Source of the DNA: Guillardia theta nucleomorph
Taxonomy: Eukaryota; Protista; Cryptophyta
Reading direction: 5' to 3'
NCBI GenBank assembly: GCA_000002975.1
Contig: AF165818.4
Location: 120,001 to 152,000 of the forward strand
DNA: 32,000 nucleotides
Below the pieces are notes generated by a model. It had not been told where the DNA came from. It saw only the letters and a list, made by a program, of their open reading frames with translations, and ran no database searches. Shown here one piece after another: positions 1 to 9,209 of this stretch (positions are counted from its first letter, which is position 1; the number at the start of each line of letters is the position of its first letter). Both the position numbers and the translations under genes were made by a program.

Positions 1-1413
1 ATTTTAAATTTTACTTGGAAAACAATACGAAAATTAACTATACCTGGAGATTTGTTTTACTTCGAAGCTAGAATTTATGAAATATTTAGTTTTAATAAGA
101 TTTTAGCAGGTTTATTAGTCGAATGCTATAAATGTAATTCCTTATTCATTTATAACTTCAATTCAACAATCTTAGAAACTCCATTAGTTTGTATTAAAAA
201 TAACTGTTCTTCTCGTAAGTTCTTTTTCAAAAAAAAAAAAATTTTACTAATGACATTTACTAAAATTAAATTTATTAAAGAGGATTTTAAAAAAAATAAA
301 TTTTTGTTTTTTGACAAAGCTTTGATTCCAAATTTTAGAAATTCTTTGAAAATTGGAGACAAAATTATTATATTCGGAATGTTGAATGTCATTTCAATCT
401 CCAATAATCATAATATAATTGAAAATAAAAAAAATATTTACTCATTTTATTTCATATCAAAAAAATTAGTTCTTAAAAATAAATATAATACAAATTTAGG
501 TTACTTTAAATACAAAGAGATGTATTTTCTATTAAGAATTGTCAGATACAATGATTTTTTTTTTTTCCTGGTGAAGAGGTCAAGGTTTAATAATTTTCCT
601 AACAAAATTTTATTTATATATATATTTTTTTTTTCATTGGCAAATTTATCATTTTTTAAAGGAATGGTTTTTCCTAAAGATTTTTTTTTTAAATTTTCAT
701 CCTCTATAAAAAATATTTTATCTTATTTTGATGCATTCTTTTTTTTAAATTTCGAAGAAAAAAAAATGAGAAAAAATAATCAATCTATAAATTATCAGAA
801 AAAAAAGCATGCAATTATTCTTGAAAATTTTTCCTTTCAAAATTATTGTGAAACTTTGTTAAGCTATGATAATTTAAAATCGTCAAATCAAAATAATTGT
901 ATTTTAATCTTTAAAAGTAAATTTGAAAAATTAAGATCATTAATACAATTTTACCCATTAAATTTCATAAATCTTAATGATTATTTTATGAAGAATATTT
1001 ATTCAAACAAAAAAAAAATATCTAACATATTATTAAGTACTTTTAAGATTAAAAAATCGCACTTTGAAATTAAAAAAAAAAAACATATTAATATTACTAA
1101 ATTAGCTCTTTCAAAATATTTTTTCAAAAAATGTGTTTCAGTTTTTCAAATGCAAAAAAAACCATACTTAACAAAATTAGCTCATGAGTTTCTTCTTCAT
1201 TTGTATAGTAATAATATAAAAAATACTTGTAATGGTTTTAGGCATAATGTAGTATCATTTGTTATCAAATTGGCAGAGATAAGAATTAAATTTTTATTTA
1301 AAATATTTGTTTCATTGGAAGATATATTGGAAATTATAGATATATTATCCTTGAATAATGAATTAATTTTAAAAAATCCAATTATTAAACTAAAAAATTT
1401 TTTAAAAATTTAA
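1..1413 (+). CDS. Highly divergent MCM-family protein (MCM8-like), 5'-truncated by the window edge
   Basis: Frame 1 is open from base 1 (ILNFTWKTIRKLTIPGDLFY...). It has an MCM Zn finger (CYKC...P.VC...NCSSRKF), an OB-fold segment (SLKIGDKIIIFG) and MCM C-terminal helices (PYLTKLAHEFLLHLY...VIKLAEIRIK...VSLEDILEII). No Walker A/B is visible. Confidence 0.7.
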   Translation: MLNFTWKTIRKLTIPGDLFYFEARIYEIFSFNKILAGLLVECYKCNSLFIYNFNSTILETPLVCIKNNCSSRKFFFKKKKILLMTFTKIKFIKEDFKKNKFLFFDKALIPNFRNSLKIGDKIIIFGMLNVISISNNHNIIENKKNIYSFYFISKKLVLKNKYNTNLGYFKYKEMYFLLRIVRYNDFFFFLVKRSRFNNFPNKILFIYIFFFSLANLSFFKGMVFPKDFFFKFSSSIKNILSYFDAFFFLNFEEKKMRKNNQSINYQKKKHAIILENFSFQNYCETLLSYDNLKSSNQNNCILIFKSKFEKLRSLIQFYPLNFINLNDYFMKNIYSNKKKISNILLSTFKIKKSHFEIKKKKHINITKLALSKYFFKKCVSVFQMQKKPYLTKLAHEFLLHLYSNNIKNTCNGFRHNVVSFVIKLAEIRIKFLFKIFVSLEDILEIIDILSLNNELILKNPIIKLKNFLKI

Positions 1414-1440
1414 TTTTTATTACTTTTTATCTTTTTTATC

Positions 1441-2058
1441 CTACTTAAATATTCTTTTACTGAAAATTTTAATCCAACCATTACTTCGAACTAAATATAA
1501 ATTATTATAGCCGCCAGAATAAGGATCATTTAATGCAGCTTGCACTATAGCATTTCTACCTAAATCTATCGCTTCATTAATTCTAGTAAACCAATTATAT
1601 CCAGAATCAAGAATTGAATAGGCAAATAAACATCCAGATCCTACTGAGATAATCTTTATTTTTATTCTAGATCCCTCCGAGTCAACGTAATAAATGTTTG
1701 GACCATTCTTGTCCCAACCAAGTATCATAGTTCCCATAGAAAGTCCAGCATTCTTATAATTTGATATCATACTCATTAGTACTTTTGAAGATCCTGCAAC
1801 TGAAAGTTTTTGATTGTTTCTAATTTCAAATATCTTACATAAAGAAGATAAATTCCTTTCCCAAAAAAAACAATCAGCTGCACCACCTGCCATTGTACCT
1901 AATAAGTTATTACTTATTTCTAGTATTTTTCTAACTTTCGAAGAACCAACATAACTTCCCATAGAAGCCCTTGAATCGACAGAAACAATTATGCCTCCAC
2001 GAAAAATAAAAGCTAGAGTAGTTGTGCCATGTAGGTACCTAATAAGCTCTGTTTTCAT
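1441..2058 (-). CDS. PSMB5: 20S proteasome subunit beta5 (PRE2/PSMB5)
   Basis: HG|TTTLAF processing site with catalytic Thr1, VDSRASMG, LLGTMAGGAADC, SVGSG, DPYSGG. Very short propeptide. Confidence 0.96.
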   Translation of the reverse strand: MKTELIRYLHGTTTLAFIFRGGIIVSVDSRASMGSYVGSSKVRKILEISNNLLGTMAGGAADCFFWERNLSSLCKIFEIRNNQKLSVAGSSKVLMSMISNYKNAGLSMGTMILGWDKNGPNIYYVDSEGSRIKIKIISVGSGCLFAYSILDSGYNWFTRINEAIDLGRNAIVQAALNDPYSGGYNNLYLVRSNGWIKIFSKRIFK

Positions 2059-2121
2059 TCTTTTATTCTATTTAAATATGACTTTATTAATATAAATTAA
2101 GACTCTAAATTTGAAAATTTA

Positions 2122-4032
2122 ATGATAAATATTTTTTTGCACTTATTAGTGAGTTTTTTATTAAGATTTCTTAATAAAATTAATAAAAATGAATTAATAA
2201 AAAAAAATAATTTTATTAGGACTAAAATATTCCACGGTTATATTTTTGGATATCTATCTTCGATGCCTTATAGAATAATTCCATTGATTGAATTTATTAA
2301 AAAATTCTTAAAAAAGAATAAATTTTTCAAGCACATCAATTGCTTAAAAATTGAGATGATAATACAATCGTTATTAGATTTTATACCCATAAATACATTT
2401 GAAATTTCAAAGATTAACAGTTCATATAATGGTAAAATGATAGTACATAAAGGGATTTTGTTTGATACTAGTTTAATTTTACTAAGAAAATCTCAAAAAA
2501 ATTTTAATTATGAAAAATTTAATTTATTTAATAAGATTAAGTTTAATGAAACAGAAATTAAAAATAATTATATAAAAAATTATTATTACAAAGAAGGTAA
2601 AGTTTTATTAATCCATGAGAATAATATTGCAAATGATAAAACTTTTAAAAATATAATAAAGGTTTTTTTCAAAGGGGAAGGAGTTAATTCCTGCAAAGAG
2701 GGTGATACAATTGAATTTATAGGAATACACTTATATCAATATGATATGTACAGAGAAAAAATTAATATAATAAAAGATGTTTTAAATATAATTTTGCTAC
2801 GAATTTTTAAAGAAAAAAGAATTTTAAAACAAATTATGTACAAGAAAAATCTTAAACATCAAAATTTTATAGAAAATTTATTTGATCAGAGTTTTAAACT
2901 TGACTTAAAAACAAGAAAAAAAAAATTTGAACAAATTTTAGATATAGCATTTAAGAAAAATTTTAAAGAGAAATTTGCAGAATTTATATTAATATTTGGA
3001 TCAGTTTATTATAAGAATTTCAATAAAAAAAGTATATCAATTATTATAAATAGAAATTTTAACCACATGAACTTTGATTTACAACAAAATATTATTTTTT
3101 TTCATGATAATTTCATCAATTTATACACAGATAAAAAAAATTTTAATGCAGATAGAATAACAAGTTTATTACAAGTTTCAGAAAAAAAAAAATTTAATGT
3201 AACTTTAAAAAATCATCTCAGTTCGTTCTTAATGTGCATTAGATTTAAGTCCATAAATTTCAGTAATTTAGAACAATTTATTGATAAAATTATTAATTTA
3301 AAATTATTCGAATTCAGCTCGATTAATTCGAATTTCAAAATAAATTTTCCGAATAATATTTTAATTTTCATTAGATCCAAACCAATTGAGTCTATTACTA
3401 ATACAAAAAATTCGACTACAATAGAAGAAAAGTTCAAAAAAAAATTTTTTGACAAGATAAATTTTATATTATTTTCTATTGATTTTGAAAAATTACATCT
3501 AAATGAATCTACGTTGTTAAAAAAATATGAAATGAACGAAAACTCTCAAAAGAAACTAAAATATTTGAACAAAAAATTTTTTTTTAATTTTCACATAGTT
3601 GACTTCAAGTTTTATGTAAATTTCAACAAAAATTTTTTTTTATCTAGATTAGATGCAAATACAGAAAAGTTGATAGTAAAGATTTACAAATCAACACAAT
3701 TGTTTTTAAAAAATGAATATAGAATTAATTTCATAGAAAAAATTCATTTATATTCAACTATAATTTCAAATTTGTTTTACAAACGTAAACATTCTTTTTT
3801 TGATTGTCTATTAGCAATGCTACTCGTATTTAAATTCAACATTTTCTTAAAAATTAAATACAATAGCATTTTTTTGAAAAAGTTGTTACACATGTTATTA
3901 AATTACTCTAAAAACATAGTATATGAACATAACATTTTTAGTAACAATAAAGTAAATGGTATTTTAACCACAGTTTCGGGTAATACTAATTTTATTAGAT
4001 TAATAGAAAATGAATTTCTACAATGTAAATAA
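2122..4032 (+). CDS. Highly divergent MCM-family protein (MCM9-like)
   Basis: OB-fold segments GKMIVHKGILFDTS and IKVFFKGEGVNSCKEGDTIEFIGI (cf. MCM9 VILEDDLVDSCKSGD...GI). C-terminal FKFYVNF...RLDANTEKLIVKIYK...RINFIEKI...LFYKRKHSFFDCLLAM resembles MCM helices. Zn-finger cysteines and Walker motifs are absent. Confidence 0.55.
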   Translation: MINIFLHLLVSFLLRFLNKINKNELIKKNNFIRTKIFHGYIFGYLSSMPYRIIPLIEFIKKFLKKNKFFKHINCLKIEMIIQSLLDFIPINTFEISKINSSYNGKMIVHKGILFDTSLILLRKSQKNFNYEKFNLFNKIKFNETEIKNNYIKNYYYKEGKVLLIHENNIANDKTFKNIIKVFFKGEGVNSCKEGDTIEFIGIHLYQYDMYREKINIIKDVLNIILLRIFKEKRILKQIMYKKNLKHQNFIENLFDQSFKLDLKTRKKKFEQILDIAFKKNFKEKFAEFILIFGSVYYKNFNKKSISIIINRNFNHMNFDLQQNIIFFHDNFINLYTDKKNFNADRITSLLQVSEKKKFNVTLKNHLSSFLMCIRFKSINFSNLEQFIDKIINLKLFEFSSINSNFKINFPNNILIFIRSKPIESITNTKNSTTIEEKFKKKFFDKINFILFSIDFEKLHLNESTLLKKYEMNENSQKKLKYLNKKFFFNFHIVDFKFYVNFNKNFFLSRLDANTEKLIVKIYKSTQLFLKNEYRINFIEKIHLYSTIISNLFYKRKHSFFDCLLAMLLVFKFNIFLKIKYNSIFLKKLLHMLLNYSKNIVYEHNIFSNNKVNGILTTVSGNTNFIRLIENEFLQCK

Positions 4033-4744
4033 ATTTAATAATAAGAAAAGAAATAACAAATTATTTTCAAAAAAGAATATTATTTATGACTTATTTTTTA
4101 TAATTCCTCTAATTTCTAGTAATATTGATTTTTTTTTTCATAAATATAAAAAAATTTACCACTTTTCTTATCTTAATTTAAAATTTTTCATTTCATACTT
4201 AAAGAATTGTTCTTATAGAAACATTAAAGTTCATTTAAATTTATCAATCAGTAATAATATTAAAAAAAAACATATTATCACTCTTTTCTGTTATAAAATT
4301 TCAAAAATTTTCAATTATTTGGATTTAATTAATGTTATTACAAAAAATTTTAGGTATATTTTGTTTAAAAATTTTTCGAACCATATCATTTATTCTTATA
4401 AGATGATATTCAATAAATTATTAATTCGTATTAGCACTTTTAACTATAATTTTTTTTATTCAAAATTTCATTTTTCAGCAAAATATTTAATAGTTTATTC
4501 CGATATGAGTAGTTATGAAATCCTAAGAAAAATTTTATTAAATTCTTCAAAAAAATTCATACTTATTTCCAAATTTAACTCAAGAAAAAGAAACATTTCC
4601 AATCTCAAAAGTTTTAATTCTTTTAAAGAAAAAATTATGGTAATTGATAAAATAATTCTGATAAAAATATTCAATAAAATTGATTTCCGTGAGATTAGTA
4701 ATATAATTTTGTTTAATAAAGGTGAAAAAAGTTTTTTTATATAA
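4010..4744 (+). CDS. Hypothetical protein, possibly an eroded DEAD-box helicase (DBP9/DDX56-like C-terminal RecA domain)
   Basis: 244-aa ORF. YLIVYSD...LRKIL...RNISNLKSFN...IMVID...KIDFREISNIILFN follows the spacing of helicase motifs IV-V and ends where motif VI would start. Overlaps the upstream ORF by 23 nt. Confidence 0.35.
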   Translation: MNFYNVNKFNNKKRNNKLFSKKNIIYDLFFIIPLISSNIDFFFHKYKKIYHFSYLNLKFFISYLKNCSYRNIKVHLNLSISNNIKKKHIITLFCYKISKIFNYLDLINVITKNFRYILFKNFSNHIIYSYKMIFNKLLIRISTFNYNFFYSKFHFSAKYLIVYSDMSSYEILRKILLNSSKKFILISKFNSRKRNISNLKSFNSFKEKIMVIDKIILIKIFNKIDFREISNIILFNKGEKSFFI

Positions 4745-5283
4745 ATTTTTTGTATAGCATATTTTATCTAAACATTGATTTTATAAATTTTAAATTTAAT
4801 ATCACATACAAAGTGAAGTAAAATCAACTTTTATTTTGAAAATCTTAACTTAGTAATTTTTATCAAGGTTTATTAAAATTTATTATATTATTAAAAATTT
4901 AAATTTATTTAATTTTCATGATCTTCATTTATATGAGATATAAAAATAATATAAATTTTCCTTTTTGTATTCAAGATTAGAATGTTTCATTTTAATTAGG
5001 AAAAAGTACATGAATATAAACAAATTATTTTAATATTTTAATCAAAATATTAATAACGAAAAGTATTAAGTTTTACAAAAAAATCATGTTTTCGTTTTCA
5101 TGAATAAAAACATATAAATATAATAAGAAATTTAATTATATTTTTAAAAATTTTTTGATTATATTAAAAATCTCACAATTATTTATTTTTCAAATTTGAT
5201 AGAATTTTTTTGTTTTACCATCAAAAATTTAATATAAAAATATATCAAACTTAATTATTGTATGGAAAATTTGCAATTTTTTT

Positions 5284-6624
5284 TTAGAAATAAATATTTT
5301 TTATCGAAGATTGACTAAATTTCAATCTACACAACGGGCATTTTCTATCACGTGATTTTATGAGACTGTTAATAAAAATGGTTGAAAAAGTATGTCCACA
5401 ATTAATCAGAATTACTTCTTTTGCATAATTTTTCAAAACTGGACAGTTAATTCTTGATCTAAGTTCATTTATAATCATGGTTTTATTATCAATTGATTTA
5501 CATAATAGGGTTTTATTAATTTTTTTTATTTTATTTGAAATATAAAACAATTTCGAATTTATAATTTTTAAATCGTAAATGAACCCTTTCTCCTGTAGAA
5601 GATTTTTATTTTTATAAAAATTACTTAAGCAATATCTATAGTAATTGCAAATTTGACGAAAAATCTCAAATTTAATTAAAAAATAAGTATGTAAAATGAA
5701 TTCTCTATTGAAAATTATTTCTTTAAAATTTTTGATAATATTACTCGAAATTTTTTTTGAATTAAAATAATATATCAATTGTAATAGGGTATTATTAAAA
5801 AAAATATTAAATTTAATCTTGAAATAAATATTCATATTTCTGTGATTATTTTTTTTAGGATAAATTAAATGTTTATTCAAATCAATTATTCTCCTCAATA
5901 TAAAAACAAATTTTGGTATATTTAAATTTTCTTTCAATGATAAAAATTTTTTAGATTTCAAATGATAAAAATTTTCTTTTTGTAAGCCATTTTTAAAAAA
6001 ACATCTCAATAAAATTGTTTTAGATTTTATCAATTCAAATAAAAGTTTACCACTTGATTTGTATTTAGTATGCAAAAATATTTTGTTATTATCTTGCCAT
6101 ATTTTTTGAATTATTTTTTTTTGGGAAAAATTTATTTGAAATAATTGACTTATAAAAATAAAAAAATGTTTTAATGAATGTAAATCTCTAGTTTTAGATA
6201 TTTTTTTTTTCCCTAAATTCAAATTTTTTTTAATTTTCATATTGATATTTTGTGTATTTTTTTTGTAACCAAAATTTATTGCGTCCGAATAACTAAAAAA
6301 ATTTAAATTAAAAGATCTAAAAACATGATTTCTGAAATAATTATAGTTTTCATTTTTTGCTAAAGACATTAAATTTTTAGTTTTGAATAATTTGTTGGTA
6401 TTTTCTGAATAGATAAGATTAAAATAATTTTTTGCATAAAATAATTTAAAAAAATATTTTGATAAAGGTAAATCAATTATTTCTTTAAAAATTAAAATAT
6501 CTTTAATATAATTATCTATAATATTTTTCAGTTTAGATATTAAAAATCCTAAAAATTTGTTTTTTGCAAAATATATATTAATCTTATCAATACACTTGAA
6601 TAAAAAGTAATTAGTGTTGATCAT
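5284..6624 (-). CDS. BRE1-like E3 ubiquitin ligase with a degenerate C-terminal RING
   Basis: The extreme C-terminus INCPVLKNYAKEVILINCGHTFSTIFINSLIKSRDRKCPLCRLKFSQSSIKNIYF matches the BRE1/RNF20 RING pattern (R.RKCP.C...F.......IY.). Confidence 0.65.
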   Translation of the reverse strand: MINTNYFLFKCIDKINIYFAKNKFLGFLISKLKNIIDNYIKDILIFKEIIDLPLSKYFFKLFYAKNYFNLIYSENTNKLFKTKNLMSLAKNENYNYFRNHVFRSFNLNFFSYSDAINFGYKKNTQNINMKIKKNLNLGKKKISKTRDLHSLKHFFIFISQLFQINFSQKKIIQKIWQDNNKIFLHTKYKSSGKLLFELIKSKTILLRCFFKNGLQKENFYHLKSKKFLSLKENLNIPKFVFILRRIIDLNKHLIYPKKNNHRNMNIYFKIKFNIFFNNTLLQLIYYFNSKKISSNIIKNFKEIIFNREFILHTYFLIKFEIFRQICNYYRYCLSNFYKNKNLLQEKGFIYDLKIINSKLFYISNKIKKINKTLLCKSIDNKTMIINELRSRINCPVLKNYAKEVILINCGHTFSTIFINSLIKSRDRKCPLCRLKFSQSSIKNIYF

Positions 6625-6675
6625 TAATAATTAAAAGGATTAATTAAAATTTTTTCTACGTCTATTTACAACTAT

Positions 6676-6939
6676 ATGAAATCAGCAATAAAAAAAAAAT
6701 GGTCAAAAGTTAAAAATAAAGAAAAGTCAAATAATCAAATTTATATAGAGAAAAGTCTTTACCAAAAAATTATCGATGAATTAAATAAAGAAAAATTTGT
6801 TAGTTTTACTTCTTTGTCAAGTAAATATCGTATAAAAATTTCATTAATTAAAAAGATAATCAATCATCTATCAGTTAGAAAGAATTTATATACTACTAAA
6901 CTTTTTAATAACTTCATTGTAACAAACAAAGATTTATGA
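6676..6939 (+). CDS. rps25: 40S ribosomal protein S25
   Basis: KKKWSKVKNKEKSNN motif, 87 aa, basic, followed by a winged-helix segment (SLSSKYRIKISL). Confidence 0.9.
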   Translation: MKSAIKKKWSKVKNKEKSNNQIYIEKSLYQKIIDELNKEKFVSFTSLSSKYRIKISLIKKIINHLSVRKNLYTTKLFNNFIVTNKDL

Positions 6940-7028
6940 TCAAAGTTTATTTAACATAAAATTAGTATTTTAAATTTTTAAATTAAATAGTTAAAATATA
7001 ATTTATAGTTTCTAATAATAATACCTTA

Positions 7029-8447
7029 ATGAAATGGATTACTATTTTATACAGTTTTCGAAGTTCAAATCATATAAATCTATATTTTTTACTAAAACTA
7101 TTAAATTCAATTTTTTTAAATTATGAAATTATAGATTTTTTGAATGATTCAAAATGGTATGATAATCTTTATAAAGTAACCGATAAGAAAGTGTTTGTAA
7201 TTCTATCTACAGATTTTAAATTAATTAAAAAAACTTTTAAAAGGTTTATTAACGATAATATTTTGTTTATTTTTATGGAACATCAAAATTTGAATGGATT
7301 AAACTCATTATTTAAAAACAACTCGAAATTCAAATTTATAAACTTATTTAAGGTATATGAAGTACTAAATGACAAATTGACTAATTTCTTGAAATATAAA
7401 TACTTTATTGTTAAGGACTCATATTCTTCCAAATTTCACTTGACAACGAGAAACACTTGTTTACTTGAATCATATTTATGGTATAAAAGTATTTATTTGA
7501 TTGAAAAATTATCTTCTAGAAAAATAAAAAAAGAGATCTATGATTTAGAACTAAAATATTTAGAAAAAACCATTAAAAAATTTTTATATAAACTAGATTC
7601 GGTCCGTATCATTAAACAATTTCCTATATTTTTTTTAAGACACACTTCAATCTTAAGTTCTATATATTACACTCCTTTTATTTTTATCAGTTCAAAATTG
7701 TGGAAAAACGATTATATATTTAATTTAATAAATTTCATTAAGTTTGTGCTCAAAGATGTGCCAAAATTTAATAATAGTTGGCGTAAGCAAACTAAAAAAA
7801 CAAAAAAAAAAATTTTAAATTCTTTAAAAAAAATTTTTAATTTCCTTGGTTTAGAATTATTTCAAACAAAATTGATATTTAAAAAATTTAAAGGTAAATC
7901 ATTAAAATGGTTTTCTAATTTTGATTTACTAATTCTTTCAGATAGTCTATTTTTTAGAAAATTTGATCAGAAACCAGACCATATATTGAATTTTTTTAAC
8001 TATAATAATCTTCTAGAATCATCTGGATTTATTAATAAACAATTATTAAAACAAAAAAATGAAGTAAAAAAGATTATTAATATTTGCTTAGATTTAATAG
8101 CTAAGAAAACTTATTTGGCTTTCGAGAAAAAATTATTGATTATTATTAAAAGTAATAGGATTTGTTTTAATTTTTATTCACAATTATATAGAATTTTTAA
8201 TTTGTGTTTTAAAATCGAACACAAATTGAACTCATCAATTATAATTTTGGTTAAAAATGAAAATTTCAGTGTTATTTTAACATCTCTTGTGAATTTTAAA
8301 AATATAGCCGATTTGAAAGAGTATAATGAAAATTCTGAATTATTTAATTCTAAAATACAATTCTTTATTATAAAAGAAATACTTCTAATTAAATCTAAAA
8401 AAAATTGTGAAGAAAAGATACTTCAAAAAATAGGTTTGTTTATATAA
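7029..8447 (+). CDS. Divergent CDC45-like DNA replication initiation factor
   Basis: YLW...KIKKEIY...LE then FFLRHTSILSSIYYTPF...SKLWKND resembles CDC45 LL.HWSL.DS...S.Y....KLW. Downstream KKKILNSLKKIFNFLGL...F also fits. Confidence 0.6.
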   Translation: MKWITILYSFRSSNHINLYFLLKLLNSIFLNYEIIDFLNDSKWYDNLYKVTDKKVFVILSTDFKLIKKTFKRFINDNILFIFMEHQNLNGLNSLFKNNSKFKFINLFKVYEVLNDKLTNFLKYKYFIVKDSYSSKFHLTTRNTCLLESYLWYKSIYLIEKLSSRKIKKEIYDLELKYLEKTIKKFLYKLDSVRIIKQFPIFFLRHTSILSSIYYTPFIFISSKLWKNDYIFNLINFIKFVLKDVPKFNNSWRKQTKKTKKKILNSLKKIFNFLGLELFQTKLIFKKFKGKSLKWFSNFDLLILSDSLFFRKFDQKPDHILNFFNYNNLLESSGFINKQLLKQKNEVKKIINICLDLIAKKTYLAFEKKLLIIIKSNRICFNFYSQLYRIFNLCFKIEHKLNSSIIILVKNENFSVILTSLVNFKNIADLKEYNENSELFNSKIQFFIIKEILLIKSKKNCEEKILQKIGLFI

Positions 8448-8486
8448 AATTTGAATGTTGCACACACTAAATATATATTAATTAAA

Positions 8487-9173
8487 ATGTTTTTTTGTTC
8501 ATATTTTAATCTGATTAATTGTAATCTTTTTAGATATTATCTTGTCAAAAATACTTGTTTAAAAACAAATTACTCTAATAATAAGAAAAAATCCAAAGTT
8601 AATAATTTAACATTTTTAAAATCTAACGAAGATAATCAATTAGTCAAAGAAAACACAATAAACATTGATGAAGAAAGAGATAAAATGTTTGATACTATTC
8701 TCCAAGAATTGAGTGCAATCCAGCAGAATGCTCCCAGGAGAGTTGCAATTTTAGGGACAAGACATTTTTCCTATCTTCACCAACAAATAGTAGAACTTTT
8801 GACTTATGCAAATATACTAGTAGGAAACCATGTATTTACTAGTGGAGGTGCAGTAAGTGGGACTAATGCTGCTGTAATAAAAGGTGCTCTAAGAGCAGAA
8901 AAACCAGAATTATTAACTGTTGTTTTACCTCAAAGTTTAAGCAGACAACCTCCTGATGTAAGAGAACTTCTTGAAAAGGTAAGAAATGTTGTTGAGATGA
9001 GGGAAAATGACGATTTGCCTCTTGATGTAGCAAGTAGACTATGTAATTCAAATATTCTAAGCAGGTGCGATCATCTGATATCTTTTGCGTTTCATGATAG
9101 CGTTGTTGTTTTGGAAGCAGCTCGTGAAGCAAAAGCACTTAACAAATTAGTCACATTATTATATTTAGATTAA
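8487..9173 (+). CDS. Plastid-targeted cyanobacterial-type DprA/Smf-like Rossmann-fold protein (228 aa from ATG 8487)
   Basis: QELSAIQQ..RRVAILGTRH...TSGG..GTNAAVIKGA...LLTVVLPQSL...LCN..ILSRC..LI.FAFHDS...KLVTLLYLD matches a conserved cyanobacterial family. The N-terminal extension starts MFF. First in-frame ATG is 8487 (the ORF track uses TTG 8451). Confidence 0.8.
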   Translation: MFFCSYFNLINCNLFRYYLVKNTCLKTNYSNNKKKSKVNNLTFLKSNEDNQLVKENTINIDEERDKMFDTILQELSAIQQNAPRRVAILGTRHFSYLHQQIVELLTYANILVGNHVFTSGGAVSGTNAAVIKGALRAEKPELLTVVLPQSLSRQPPDVRELLEKVRNVVEMRENDDLPLDVASRLCNSNILSRCDHLISFAFHDSVVVLEAAREAKALNKLVTLLYLD

Positions 9174-9209
9174 CACAATATTATTTAATTTAATTCATTA
9201 GAAAATAAC

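Noticed and set aside
150-404. Antisense ORFs at 150-404, 3213-3455, 8863-9138, 9789-9989, 10905-11102, 12577-12759, 19665-19892, 20273-20470, 22487-22705, 23056-23373, 27831-28031 and 30480-30662
   Set aside because: Each lies wholly on the opposite strand of a longer, better supported gene and has no recognisable motif.
4801-4808. ATCACATA resembling yeast centromere element CDEI
   Set aside because: Imperfect 8-mer, no CDEIII-like element, unrelated lineage. Expected by chance.
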